64,000 bases of DNA from a virus. This document shows positions 17,036-26,179 of this stretch, in pieces. Both the position numbers and the translations under genes were made by a program. How positions within the stretch are numbered: position 1 is the stretch's first letter; each line of letters opens with the position of its first letter. The notes beneath the pieces were generated by a model. It was given only the letters and a program-made list of their open reading frames with translations, ran no database searches and was not told the origin of the DNA. The DNA lies in IMG/VR virus record IMGVR_UViG_3300045927_000329, positions 7,618 to 71,617 of that record; one strand, written 5' to 3'.

Positions 17036-17331
17036 GCGTGCCCAAGCCGCCCCAGATCACCGCCTGGGAGCAGCTGCCGATCGTGCTCCTGGTGCCCGAA
17101 CTCGCGCTGCTGCTGCGCCGCTCGCCCGGGACCATCCTGCGCGACTGCCGCCGCGGGACGATCGAGCCGAAGCCGTTCGCCGGTCGGCCCTGGCGCTGGA
17201 ACCGCGACGGCGTGCGCGCGCATCTCGATCGCCTCCACCGCCTGGCCGAGGCGCGCGCGACGTCGCGCCCGCGGGTGAACGAGTCGGAGTCGCCCCTGGC
17301 GCCGCGCCTGGTGCTGGAGGCGCGTCGGTGA
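17032..17331 (+). CDS. Excisionase/MerR-like HTH DNA-binding protein
   Basis: LLVPELALLLRRSPGTILRDCRRGTI...GRPWRW. Confidence 0.65.
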   Translation: MSVPKPPQITAWEQLPIVLLVPELALLLRRSPGTILRDCRRGTIEPKPFAGRPWRWNRDGVRAHLDRLHRLAEARATSRPRVNESESPLAPRLVLEARR

Positions 17332-17543
17332 GCGACGGGGCGCGTCTCGCGGTGAAGCGCCGTCGGCGTCCGCGGCGCCTCATCGTCGCCCCCCTGGCTG
17401 CTGACGCCTCCGAGCAGGCGCGCTTCCTGCGCGAGCAGCCGCCCGAAGAAGTGGTACGGCACAGCCCGCCGCCGCCGCGCACCGACTATGCGGCGCTCCA
17501 GCTCCTGGGGCACCGCCTCGTCACCCGCGATCGGCGGGAGTAG
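17328..17543 (+). CDS. Hypothetical protein (71 aa)
   Basis: GTGA-coupled ORF. Confidence 0.45.
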   Translation: MSDGARLAVKRRRRPRRLIVAPLAADASEQARFLREQPPEEVVRHSPPPPRTDYAALQLLGHRLVTRDRRE

Positions 17544-17566
17544 AGGGTTTTCCGAAGAGGTCCGCT

Positions 17567-18493
17567 GTGGCGATTACCGTCAATCCCTCGCGCAAGCGCC
17601 GCTACAGCGGCCAGGCCGCGCTCATTCCCGCGGCGGTGACCGCCGGTCGGACCTCACCCAAGCGCCGGCAGCTCCTCGCCGAGGAGTCCGCCCTGCAGCA
17701 CGCCGACGCGATCGCCTCTTTCGTCGATCGGCTCGGGGGCCGCGAGCGGCTCGCCGAGGCGCTGGCCATCGCCGAGACCGCCCCGGAGTGCGAAGCGCTC
17801 GTCCAGCACCTGCTCGACCCGCGCTTCCGCCTCTGGTCGCTCCCGAAGGTCTGCGCGCTGGCCGGCTTCACCGTCGCCGATCTCTTCCAGGCCTACCGCA
17901 AGGCGACGCTCCTGCGCGCGCACATCGAGGCGACGCACCGCATCGCCGCCAAGCTGGCCCCGATCGTCGAGGACGTGATGGCCCGGGCGCTGCCGCGCAT
18001 GGAGACCTGCCTCCTCTGCAAGGGGAAGAAGACGCGCCTGCGCGTCGCGGCCGACGGCACTCGCACCCAGATCCGCTGTCCGCAGTGCCGCGGAGTGGGC
18101 GAGCGCCGCGTCGAGCCCAGCGCCGACCACCAGAAACTGGCGCTCGAACTCGGCCAGCTCACCGCGCAGAAAGGCGGGGGCACCGGGGTGATCGTCAACC
18201 AGCAGAACATCACCGCAGGCGCCGCCGCCGCCCAGGCGAATGCGGCCTCGGCCGGCCCGCTCGAACAGCTCCAGCAGGCGGTCGGCCAGCTGCTCTTCTC
18301 GCCCGACCGCCAGCGCGCCTCCGCGACGGTCGACGCCGGGTCGGTGGTCGAGGCACAGACCGTTGAACCTCCAACGACCACCATCGGCGACCCGCCGCCC
18401 CCCGAGCCCACCGACCCGCCCGAGGAGCGCGAGCGCGACGAGCCCGACGACGAGCCGGACGACCCGGTCGGCCCGCCGCGAGGAGACCACTGA
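17567..18493 (+). CDS. Putative terminase small subunit with Zn finger
   Basis: Upstream of the large terminase; helical core, CLLCKG...CPQCRG, VIVNQQN tail. Confidence 0.55.
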   Translation: MAITVNPSRKRRYSGQAALIPAAVTAGRTSPKRRQLLAEESALQHADAIASFVDRLGGRERLAEALAIAETAPECEALVQHLLDPRFRLWSLPKVCALAGFTVADLFQAYRKATLLRAHIEATHRIAAKLAPIVEDVMARALPRMETCLLCKGKKTRLRVAADGTRTQIRCPQCRGVGERRVEPSADHQKLALELGQLTAQKGGGTGVIVNQQNITAGAAAAQANAASAGPLEQLQQAVGQLLFSPDRQRASATVDAGSVVEAQTVEPPTTTIGDPPPPEPTDPPEERERDEPDDEPDDPVGPPRGDH

Positions 18494-18903
18494 TGGGCCA
18501 GCTGATGCCGATGCTCAACCTCGCCGGGGCCGCCCAGTCGCGCCAGCGGATGCAGCCCGGGATGTCGCCCGGGATGCCGATGCGCCCGGGAATGCCCCCG
18601 ATGCCGCAGCCGGCGATGCGCCCCTCGACCTCCCCGCCCGCGACGCAGAACCAGCCGCAGCTCCAGCTGCACGACCAGCGCGTCCGCAATCCCGGCGAGC
18701 GCCTGCGCGGCCAGCTCAGTGGCGTCTTCGCGCCCTTCCGCGGCGGGCCGCCGCTGCCGCCCTCCAACCAGCTGCTGCAGCCGATGCAGCCCCAGGCGAT
18801 GCAGCCGCAGCAGGGGCCGGCGATGCCCTCGATCACCGGCCCGGGCCAGCAGCAGGCGGCCTTCCCCTTCGGCGGCGAGGACTCCACGAAGTCCTTCTAC
18901 TGA
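18493..18903 (+). CDS. Low-complexity Pro/Gln/Met-rich protein
   Basis: RBS GAGGAG; TGATG overlap. Confidence 0.55.
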   Translation: MGQLMPMLNLAGAAQSRQRMQPGMSPGMPMRPGMPPMPQPAMRPSTSPPATQNQPQLQLHDQRVRNPGERLRGQLSGVFAPFRGGPPLPPSNQLLQPMQPQAMQPQQGPAMPSITGPGQQQAAFPFGGEDSTKSFY

Positions 18904-18918
18904 GTTGAGGCCTCTGGC

Positions 18919-21228
18919 GTGTATCACCCCGACCTGATCGCCGAAGACGAAGCGGAGATCGTGCGCACCTTCCCGACCGTCTTCCCCTCGGGCGTCTTCC
19001 CGACCTACTCGGTCGAGGACTCCGCCGCGCTCACCGCCTCGGCGATGCAGGCCTACGACGACCTCGGCCGCAGCCGCCGCCCGCTCACCGCCGAGGAGAA
19101 CGCCTTCGTCAGCCACGCCAAGCTGCGCGTCATCTTCGACTTCCCGTGGTTCGCCGAGCGCTTCGTCTGGATCGACGAAGAAGGCCACGGCCTGCGGCGC
19201 CTCACGCCCTTCTGGGAGTCGCAGCAGATGGTCCTCGACCAGCTGGCGCGCCTCGAACTGGCGCGCGTCAAGGACGGCAGCCGCGACGGCCTGCTCCTGA
19301 ACATCCTCAAGGCGCGACAGCTCGGCGTCTCGACCCTCTCCGAAGCGCTCATCGCGCACCGCCTGGTGACCCGCCCGCACATCCGCGCGCTCAGCGGCGC
19401 CGACGTCGAGGAGCAGGCGGGCTATCTCTTCCGCATGGTCGTGCGCATCTACGACCAGCTGCCCTGGTTCCTCAAGCCCGACCGCCTCTACTTCACGAAG
19501 AACCGCGAGCTGACCCTCGCCAACTCCTGCTTCCTCAAGACCGCCTGGGGCAAGTCGACCCGCGGCGCGCTCCAGTCCATCTCCGGGGCGGAAGGCTCCA
19601 AAGGCGCCATCGGCCGCGGGCAGACCTACTCCTGCGTCCACATCTCCGAACTTCCCACCTGGGAGAACCCCGAGCAGCTCGACACCGCGCTCCTCCCGGC
19701 GATCCCGGTCAGCGCCGACACGCTCGTCCTCTACGAGGCGACCGCCGAGTACGCGGGCGACTGGTGGCACCAGCACTGGCTGGCGACCGCCGAGGGCGTC
19801 GGGCGCTTCAGGAACGTCTTCATCCCCTGGTCCGCGGAGCCGCGCAAGTACTCCCTCCCGCCGCCTCCGGGCTGGGTCCCCCTGGCCTCGACCCTCGCCC
19901 ACGCCGAGAAGTGCGAGCGCGACTCCCCGAAGTGGTACGGCGGTCGCACGGTGCGCCTCACCGCGCCGCAGCTCTACTGGTACGAGCAGACGCGCGCCTT
20001 CTACGAGAAGAAGGGACAGCTCTACAAGTTCCTCAAGGAGTATCCGGCCGACGATCACGAGTGCTTCCAGTACGCCGGCCGCTCCATCTTCACGCTCGAC
20101 CAGCTCGAAGCGATCGACCGCGCCGGCAGCCGCCGGCCGCTCAAGGACGTCTGGGCGGTGGAGCCGGCCAGCGAGATCGCCGCGCTCAAGCGCCTGGAGT
20201 TCCCAGCGGATGCGGCGCAGACCAGCTCCCTCGACCGCGGCCGCGCGCGCGTCCCGCTCGCCCCGCGCGTCCCGGGCACCGCCTCACCCTTAGCGCCCCT
20301 CACGCACCACGTCCCCCCGGGCTACGGCTTCCGCCGCCTCTCCCCCGAGCAGCTGCGCGAGATGCCGAGCCTGCGCAAGTCCGCCCTGGCCATCTGGGAG
20401 TATCCGCGCCTGCGCGGCTCGCGCCGCTACGTCCTCGGGGTCGACGTCGCCGACGGCCTCGGCCAGGACTACTCGATCATCGACGTCATCCGCCAGCCGA
20501 CCATCGAAGAGCCGGCCGAGCAGGTCGCGCAGTACTGCTCCAACGTCGTCGACGCCAAGGCGCTCGCCTTCATCTGCGACGCCATCGGCCGCTACTACTG
20601 CGACGGGGACGGCATCGAGGCGCTGGCGGCGATCGAGACCAACAACCACGGCCTGGCGACCCAGGACACGCTGCAGCTGCACCTCGGCTACGGCCACTTC
20701 TACCGCTGGGAGTACGCCGACGCCGCCGAGATGGACCGCCGCTACTCGACCCGCATCGGCTGGATGACCTCCCCGCGCACGCGCCCGATGCTCCTGGCCT
20801 ACTTCCACGGCGCCGTCACCAGCTTCGACCCGATCACGACACTCCCCGACTTCGTGCTCAACTCCCCGATCACGCGCAGCGAGCTGCGGCACCTGGTCAC
20901 CGAGACCACCCTCGGCGAGGCGGAGGCCGCGCGCGGCCAGCACGACGACGCGATCATGGCCGGCGCCATCGGCTACTACGTCGCCTGGCGCATGGCCGGC
21001 GGCGAGACCGAGCCGATCGCCGACCGGCGCCGCCGCAAAGCGGCCCTCGACCAGCTCGCCGCCAAGGGCGAGCAGCCCGTCGCCGACTGGCGCAACTCCC
21101 CGGCGACCTCTCTGGAAACCGACGACCTGGAGGAGATCGATCATGGCGGCACCGTCAGCGACGACGTCAGCTACGCGCTCAGCGACGAGCCCGACGGGCT
21201 CTTCTTCGACGACCGCAGCCGCGCATGA
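18919..21228 (+). CDS. terL: Terminase large subunit
   Basis: ILKARQLGVST Walker A, VHISE Walker B, YEATA, nuclease GVDVADGLGQDYS, IETNN, HDDAIMA. Confidence 0.95.
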   Translation: MYHPDLIAEDEAEIVRTFPTVFPSGVFPTYSVEDSAALTASAMQAYDDLGRSRRPLTAEENAFVSHAKLRVIFDFPWFAERFVWIDEEGHGLRRLTPFWESQQMVLDQLARLELARVKDGSRDGLLLNILKARQLGVSTLSEALIAHRLVTRPHIRALSGADVEEQAGYLFRMVVRIYDQLPWFLKPDRLYFTKNRELTLANSCFLKTAWGKSTRGALQSISGAEGSKGAIGRGQTYSCVHISELPTWENPEQLDTALLPAIPVSADTLVLYEATAEYAGDWWHQHWLATAEGVGRFRNVFIPWSAEPRKYSLPPPPGWVPLASTLAHAEKCERDSPKWYGGRTVRLTAPQLYWYEQTRAFYEKKGQLYKFLKEYPADDHECFQYAGRSIFTLDQLEAIDRAGSRRPLKDVWAVEPASEIAALKRLEFPADAAQTSSLDRGRARVPLAPRVPGTASPLAPLTHHVPPGYGFRRLSPEQLREMPSLRKSALAIWEYPRLRGSRRYVLGVDVADGLGQDYSIIDVIRQPTIEEPAEQVAQYCSNVVDAKALAFICDAIGRYYCDGDGIEALAAIETNNHGLATQDTLQLHLGYGHFYRWEYADAAEMDRRYSTRIGWMTSPRTRPMLLAYFHGAVTSFDPITTLPDFVLNSPITRSELRHLVTETTLGEAEAARGQHDDAIMAGAIGYYVAWRMAGGETEPIADRRRRKAALDQLAAKGEQPVADWRNSPATSLETDDLEEIDHGGTVSDDVSYALSDEPDGLFFDDRSRA

Positions 21229-21754
21229 GACGCTGGCGCAGACGCCAGCGTCGGTCGGACGGTCGACCGCGTCGGCCGCGCATGAGCGGACGGCCGCGCC
21301 CGCGCCGGTGCGCGTGCGGCGCCTGCAGCCGGCGCTGCTGGCCAGTCGTCTCAAGGCGCCCGAGGCCATCGAACTGCCCGACGGCCGCACCGTCCTCGGC
21401 GCCACCGGCGACTGGCGCGTCTACCGCGGCACGACCACCCTCGACCTGGTCCCGCCGACCCGCTTCCCCAAGGACTACGAGCTGATCCCGGAGGTCGGCC
21501 TGACCCTCAGCCCGAGCGACTGCACGCGCCTGGAGCAGACGACCGGCCTGGGGACGACCCAGATCCCGATCACCTTCATCAGCGCGGTCGAGCAGCTGGC
21601 GTCGCTCTCGATCGGCGACGTCCGCCTGGAGTTCACGCCCGGCCAGCTCGCCGAGCTGCACCACCGCGCCAGCAAGCGCGGGCGCTCGATCGAACTGGAG
21701 ATCAAGGCGGTGGTCGATCGCATCCGCGACGAGATCTTCCACAAGGGGGGCTAG
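21143..21754 (+). CDS. Hypothetical protein with C-terminal RHH-like segment
   Basis: Real start probably GTG 21308; QLAELHHRASKRGRSIELEIK. Confidence 0.55.
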   Translation: MAAPSATTSATRSATSPTGSSSTTAAAHETLAQTPASVGRSTASAAHERTAAPAPVRVRRLQPALLASRLKAPEAIELPDGRTVLGATGDWRVYRGTTTLDLVPPTRFPKDYELIPEVGLTLSPSDCTRLEQTTGLGTTQIPITFISAVEQLASLSIGDVRLEFTPGQLAELHHRASKRGRSIELEIKAVVDRIRDEIFHKGG

Positions 21755-21831
21755 GGAGGCCCGTGGCCAGACAGATGGCCTGGTACCCCGGGCCTCCCCC
21801 GAACAGGGCGACACCGACAAGGAGCAGAGCG

Positions 21832-22080
21832 ATGCAGATCACACCGGAGATGCTCGAATACTCGTGGCAGCGGTTCGACGCGCTCGCCACCTCGCTGCAC
21901 ATCACGATCGGCTATCAGACGGACCCGATCGTCTCCGATCCGAAGCGGGCGTGCGAGAAGGCGGTCGGCCTCGACGAGTACAGCCACATCGCCGATCCCA
22001 TCGAGCGGGTCGAGGCGGTGATCACGACCGAGTACGTCCCCGCCTACGAGAAGCGGGCGGCGTCCGAGGCGGCTGGCTGA
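21832..22080 (+). CDS. Hypothetical protein (82 aa)
   Basis: RBS AAGGAG before ATG 21832. Confidence 0.6.
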   Translation: MQITPEMLEYSWQRFDALATSLHITIGYQTDPIVSDPKRACEKAVGLDEYSHIADPIERVEAVITTEYVPAYEKRAASEAAG

Positions 22081-22289
22081 TGGCCTGGTCGCCGGCCGAC
22101 TGGACGCGCGCCTTCGGCCTCGCCCTGGCGATCGTCGTGGCGGGCGTGCTCGTCGCGCTCCTGCTGCAGCGGACCACGGCGCCGCTCACCGTGCCGCCGG
22201 AGGACCTGTTCCTGCTGCGCTGCACGCAGCAGGTGCGTCCCGGCCTCGACGCGATCTGGTTCCTCTGTCATCAGGTCGAGGAGAAGTAG
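22080..22289 (+). CDS. Small membrane protein
   Basis: MAWSPADW...one TM helix; TGATG overlap. Confidence 0.55.
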   Translation: MAWSPADWTRAFGLALAIVVAGVLVALLLQRTTAPLTVPPEDLFLLRCTQQVRPGLDAIWFLCHQVEEK

Positions 22290-22291
22290 CC

Positions 22292-22399
22292 GTGAGCGAC
22301 CGGCGCCGGTACGACTTCGAGGCGTGGCCCACGGACGGCAACGAACTGACCGTCCGCTTGTTCAACTGGTTCTCCCGCAACTACTGGCTGGTGGTGTGA
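22292..22399 (+). CDS. Small hypothetical peptide (35 aa)
   Basis: RBS GAGGAG, GTG start, TGATG overlap with the next gene. Confidence 0.4.
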   Translation: MSDRRRYDFEAWPTDGNELTVRLFNWFSRNYWLVV

Positions 22400-22506
22400 T
22401 GGCCTGGTGGGACGCGCTCACGCTGCCGCAGGTGCTGCTGGTGCTCGGGCTGCTCTTCCTCGGGCTGCTCTTCGTCGTCGCGCGCGCGTGGTTCGAGAAC
22501 CAGTAG
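22399..22506 (+). CDS. Small membrane peptide (35 aa)
   Basis: MAWWDALTLPQVLLVLGLLFLGLLFVVARAWFENQ. Confidence 0.5.
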   Translation: MAWWDALTLPQVLLVLGLLFLGLLFVVARAWFENQ

Positions 22507-22518
22507 GAGGTCCAACCA

Positions 22519-22863
22519 GTGGCATGGCATGACTTCTGGGGTTCCTCACGGCTCTCGCTGGCGCCCGGTGCCTGGCCCGAGCGGGATGAGGTCGCGCTGC
22601 TGGCCGATCCTGGCCTCCCCGATCTCCCGCACCGGGTGGCGCGGGCGGGCGTGGTCTACCTGGGACTCGGCGGCGTCGAGCGCATCTGGCGCGGCAGCCC
22701 GACGGCGGAGGCGCGAGCCAACCTCGTGCGCGGGCAGCAGCGTCGCCGGGAGCGCGAGCACATGGGCGCCGCACGGGAGGACAGGAGCTGGATCACCCCG
22801 GAGATCGAGGCACGGATCGAGGCGGCCGTCCGCGATCGGCTCGCCCGCATGGGGAGGGCGTGA
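22519..22863 (+). CDS. Hypothetical protein (114 aa)
   Basis: RBS AGGAGG; starts MAWHDFW like the next gene. Confidence 0.6.
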   Translation: MAWHDFWGSSRLSLAPGAWPERDEVALLADPGLPDLPHRVARAGVVYLGLGGVERIWRGSPTAEARANLVRGQQRRREREHMGAAREDRSWITPEIEARIEAAVRDRLARMGRA

Positions 22864-23357
22864 TGGCCTGGCATGACTTCTGGTGTCAGCTCTGCGGGCA
22901 GGTGCTCGTCAACGTCGACGTCCCGGCCGCGATCGGCGCCCGCCTCGGTGCGCCGCTGCACTGCGGCCAGCCGACCAGCTGGCTCCCGGCCGTCGGCCGC
23001 ATGGACGCCTCCTCCGGTCCCGGCTTCGAGGCCTTCGACGCCTACGACGGGCAGAACCGCCCGGTGCGCGTCGACTCCCTCAAAAAACTCCGCGACATCG
23101 AGCGCCAGTCGGAGGTCGACGCGCGCAACGGGCTCGGCCAGCCGATCGTCTGGCGGCGCTTCAGCCAGGACCGCTCCAACCACGACGTCCACAGCCTCGC
23201 GCCGACCTTCCACCAGGAGCGGCCCGACCCGGCCTACGTCAAGAAGTTCGCCCCGGCCATCAAGCGCGACGGCGCCGAGGCGCCCGACGCCGCCTACGGC
23301 CCCGGCATCTCCGACGCGACGCCCAGTGCGCTCGACACCCTCGACTGGAAAGGCTGA
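22863..23357 (+). CDS. FmdB-like zinc-ribbon protein
   Basis: HDFWCQLCG...LHCG; position upstream of the portal is common for this type. Confidence 0.65.
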   Translation: MAWHDFWCQLCGQVLVNVDVPAAIGARLGAPLHCGQPTSWLPAVGRMDASSGPGFEAFDAYDGQNRPVRVDSLKKLRDIERQSEVDARNGLGQPIVWRRFSQDRSNHDVHSLAPTFHQERPDPAYVKKFAPAIKRDGAEAPDAAYGPGISDATPSALDTLDWKG

Positions 23358-23360
23358 AGG

Positions 23361-23603
23361 CTAGAACCAGATGAAGGTCGTCTCCACCCAGTTGACCTCG
23401 CGCCCCTGCGAGGAGAGCACCGCGAGGAAGTGCGCGTACGCGCCGGCTTGGGCACCGTACTCGAACAGCAGGCGCAGCCCGTCCTCGCTTTCCCATTCGG
23501 CGGTGGTGAGCCCCCAGCGGCGCGTATGTTTCGGGTCCGGTTCTCCCGGGAGGATCCCGGCGCGGACCTCCCAGGCGCAGCGTCCAGCAACAGGTGGTGT
23601 CAT
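23361..23603 (-). CDS. Antisense hypothetical protein (80 aa)
   Basis: Fills the gap before the portal exactly; protein-like sequence. Confidence 0.5.
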   Translation of the reverse strand: MTPPVAGRCAWEVRAGILPGEPDPKHTRRWGLTTAEWESEDGLRLLFEYGAQAGAYAHFLAVLSSQGREVNWVETTFIWF

Positions 23604-23623
23604 AGGCCGAGGAGTGTAGACCA

Positions 23624-25777
23624 GTGGCTGACTTCTCTCCCAGTGGCGTCCTCGACCTCCCGCGCACCTCCGCCGAGTCGCTCCTCCAGGGCGACCCGCG
23701 CGTCCTCAGTTGGCTGCGCGAGTGGGTGCAGGAAGGCGACTTCATCAATCGCCAGGACCCGTCCTACGACCTCATCTCGCGCTCGCAGGACTACATCGTC
23801 GGCCAGCAACTATCTCCCGAAGCGTGCAAGCTGAAATACCTCCCGCAGGTCACCATCAACGAGACGCGCAAGGCGATGCAGGCGCACGTCTCGGCGATCA
23901 CCGACCTCAAGCCGGTGGCCGGCTGGAAGACCAATCCCGAGTACCAGGTCCAGGCCAACATGCTCAACCAGTACCTCATGGCCGAGTGGGTCACGACCAT
24001 GATGGACCTGGACCTCGGCGACTGCGTCAAGTACGCCCTGGCCGGCGGGACCGGCGACCTCGTCGTCGACTGGGACCCGCACGTCCCGCTCGGCGGCGCG
24101 CACCAGCTCACCGCCCGCGACCCACGCGACACGCTCCCCCTGCGCCCCTCCTTCGGCCGCAGCTCCCAGCTCTGGGAGGGCGTCTGCTTCCGCGAGGAGC
24201 ACACCGTCAACGTCCTGCGCGGCATGTACCCGACCCGCGCGCACCTCTTCAAGGCCAGCAGCGACAACCTCCTCGGCCAGGTCATGGGCCGCTTCCGCAC
24301 CGGCCTCAACCGCCTGATCTCCCCCGCTGACCCGCTCGACTCGATCGCCTGGCCGGGCACCGCCGGCACCGCGCGCAAGGCGCGCGCCGGCTCGCTCGTC
24401 CTCTACCGCGCCTACTTCACCGACCGCACGCGCAACCTCACCGGCAAGCCGATCCCCATGGGCACGCCCGGCACCAACTGGGCCTACGTCGTCGAGCCCA
24501 ACCAACCCCTCTACCCGCGCAAGCGCCTGCTGGTCGCCACCGAAGACGCGATCATCTACGACGGCCCGAACACCTACTGGCACGGCATGTTCCCGTTCTG
24601 CCGCCTCAAGCTCTGGTCGGTCCCCTGGCAGTTCCTCGGCATCCCGCTCTTCAACGATCTGCTCCCCCTCCAGGACGCCATCAACGACACGATGCACGAC
24701 GTCCGCCTGGCGATGCGGCAGTGGACCAACCCCGACATCACCTACAACAGGAACGCGGTCTCCGAAGCGACGATGAAGCTGATGGACCCGCGCCGCCCGG
24801 GCAAGCGCGTGAAGATCGCGCCGGGCTTCGGGGACCCGTGGAAGAAGGAAGACGGCCCGGCGCCGCAGATCATCCAGCTCGGGATCGAGCTGTGGCAGCA
24901 GCTCACGCAGAAGTTCGCCGACCTCAGTGGCACCGCCAACCTCTCGGCCCTGCTCCAGCTGCGCCAGATGCCCTCGGCCGACACCATCCAGAAGTACTAC
25001 GAGGCGCTCACCCCCGAGATCCGCCAGGAGGCGCGCCAGGTCGAACTCTTCCTGCGCGACTTCTCGGAGATGGTCAAGATCAACTACTTCCAGTTCCTCT
25101 CTCAATCGAAGCGCGTCTCGATCCTCGGCACCGGCGGCCAGACGCTCGACGAGTTCGACTTCGACCCCGACATGCTCGTCCCCGCGCTCGTCCCCGGGCA
25201 GCCCGGCTACACCCCGGAGCTGGACGCGACCCTCACCAGCCGCGACCAGCGCGCGCAGTACTTCCACAAGCAGTTCGTCTTCATCGTCGCGCCCAACTCG
25301 GTCCTGGCGATGGACGCCACCGAGCGCAAGATGATGCGGGTCCAACTGGCGAGGATGGGCTACTACGACTTCTGGTCGCTGCACGAGACGCTCGAAACTC
25401 CAAACGTCGGCGCCCCGCCGGCCATCCCGCTGCCGCCGCTCTCGCCGCCGCCCGCCGCGGTCCTCCCGATGATGCTGCAGTCGGCGATGGCCTTGCCGAA
25501 CGGCCTCGGCATGATGGCGGCCGGCGCGATGCCCCTGCCCCAGTACACCGACCCGGCCTCGGGGCGCACCTTCACCCTCGACATGGGCAGCGGGCAGATC
25601 CTCGAAGTGCGCGTGCCAGTCACGGTGACCGAACGGTTGCAGGCCCAAGCACTCCTCGGCATCGGGCAGACCGTCTCGCCGGCCGGGCGGAAGGCCAGCG
25701 GGCAGGCGCCGCCGCAGGGCGAGACGAAGAACGACGAGCCGGGCGGGCGGCAGACGATCACCGAGTCGGAGAAGTAG
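23624..25777 (+). CDS. Portal protein
   Basis: 717 aa after terminase; YWHGMFPF, FLGIPLFNDLLPLQDAIN portal-like motifs; RBS GAGGAG. Confidence 0.85.
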   Translation: MADFSPSGVLDLPRTSAESLLQGDPRVLSWLREWVQEGDFINRQDPSYDLISRSQDYIVGQQLSPEACKLKYLPQVTINETRKAMQAHVSAITDLKPVAGWKTNPEYQVQANMLNQYLMAEWVTTMMDLDLGDCVKYALAGGTGDLVVDWDPHVPLGGAHQLTARDPRDTLPLRPSFGRSSQLWEGVCFREEHTVNVLRGMYPTRAHLFKASSDNLLGQVMGRFRTGLNRLISPADPLDSIAWPGTAGTARKARAGSLVLYRAYFTDRTRNLTGKPIPMGTPGTNWAYVVEPNQPLYPRKRLLVATEDAIIYDGPNTYWHGMFPFCRLKLWSVPWQFLGIPLFNDLLPLQDAINDTMHDVRLAMRQWTNPDITYNRNAVSEATMKLMDPRRPGKRVKIAPGFGDPWKKEDGPAPQIIQLGIELWQQLTQKFADLSGTANLSALLQLRQMPSADTIQKYYEALTPEIRQEARQVELFLRDFSEMVKINYFQFLSQSKRVSILGTGGQTLDEFDFDPDMLVPALVPGQPGYTPELDATLTSRDQRAQYFHKQFVFIVAPNSVLAMDATERKMMRVQLARMGYYDFWSLHETLETPNVGAPPAIPLPPLSPPPAAVLPMMLQSAMALPNGLGMMAAGAMPLPQYTDPASGRTFTLDMGSGQILEVRVPVTVTERLQAQALLGIGQTVSPAGRKASGQAPPQGETKNDEPGGRQTITESEK

Positions 25778-25790
25778 AACTAACGTAGAT

Positions 25791-26168
25791 ATGTCCGATA
25801 AGAAGCCGTCGCTGCGCGCGCTGCTCTCCGGGCTCGACCCGCGCACTGCGCGGCTCGCGCGGCGGCTGCTCGAAACGACCCTGCTGCCGCCCGGCGACGA
25901 GGCGGCATTCCAGCGCTGGGCGCGCGAGAACCAGCTCCGCGACGTCGACCACCCCGATAGCTTCTACGACTACCGCGGCTACTGGCAGTCCTCCGGCGGC
26001 CCGCCGCAACCGCCCGGCGCGCACTTCCCCGACACCTACAAGCAGTTCGGCCACCCGAGCTTCTCCGTCGAGTCGCAGTACGCCCAGCCCGGAGAAGGCG
26101 GCACCTGGATCGGCGAGACGCTGCTGCCGCAGCCGCCGCTGGCCGTCTCGCACCGGTCGGAGAAGTAG
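25791..26168 (+). CDS. Conserved phage hypothetical protein
   Basis: FQRW...YDYRGYW...HFPDTYK...HPSFSVESQY motif. Confidence 0.65.
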   Translation: MSDKKPSLRALLSGLDPRTARLARRLLETTLLPPGDEAAFQRWARENQLRDVDHPDSFYDYRGYWQSSGGPPQPPGAHFPDTYKQFGHPSFSVESQYAQPGEGGTWIGETLLPQPPLAVSHRSEK

Positions 26169-26179
26169 AGTAGGCAGCC

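Noticed and set aside
17032-17331. Evidence of an integrated prophage
   Set aside because: Only an excisionase-like HTH; no integrase, att site or host genes in the window.
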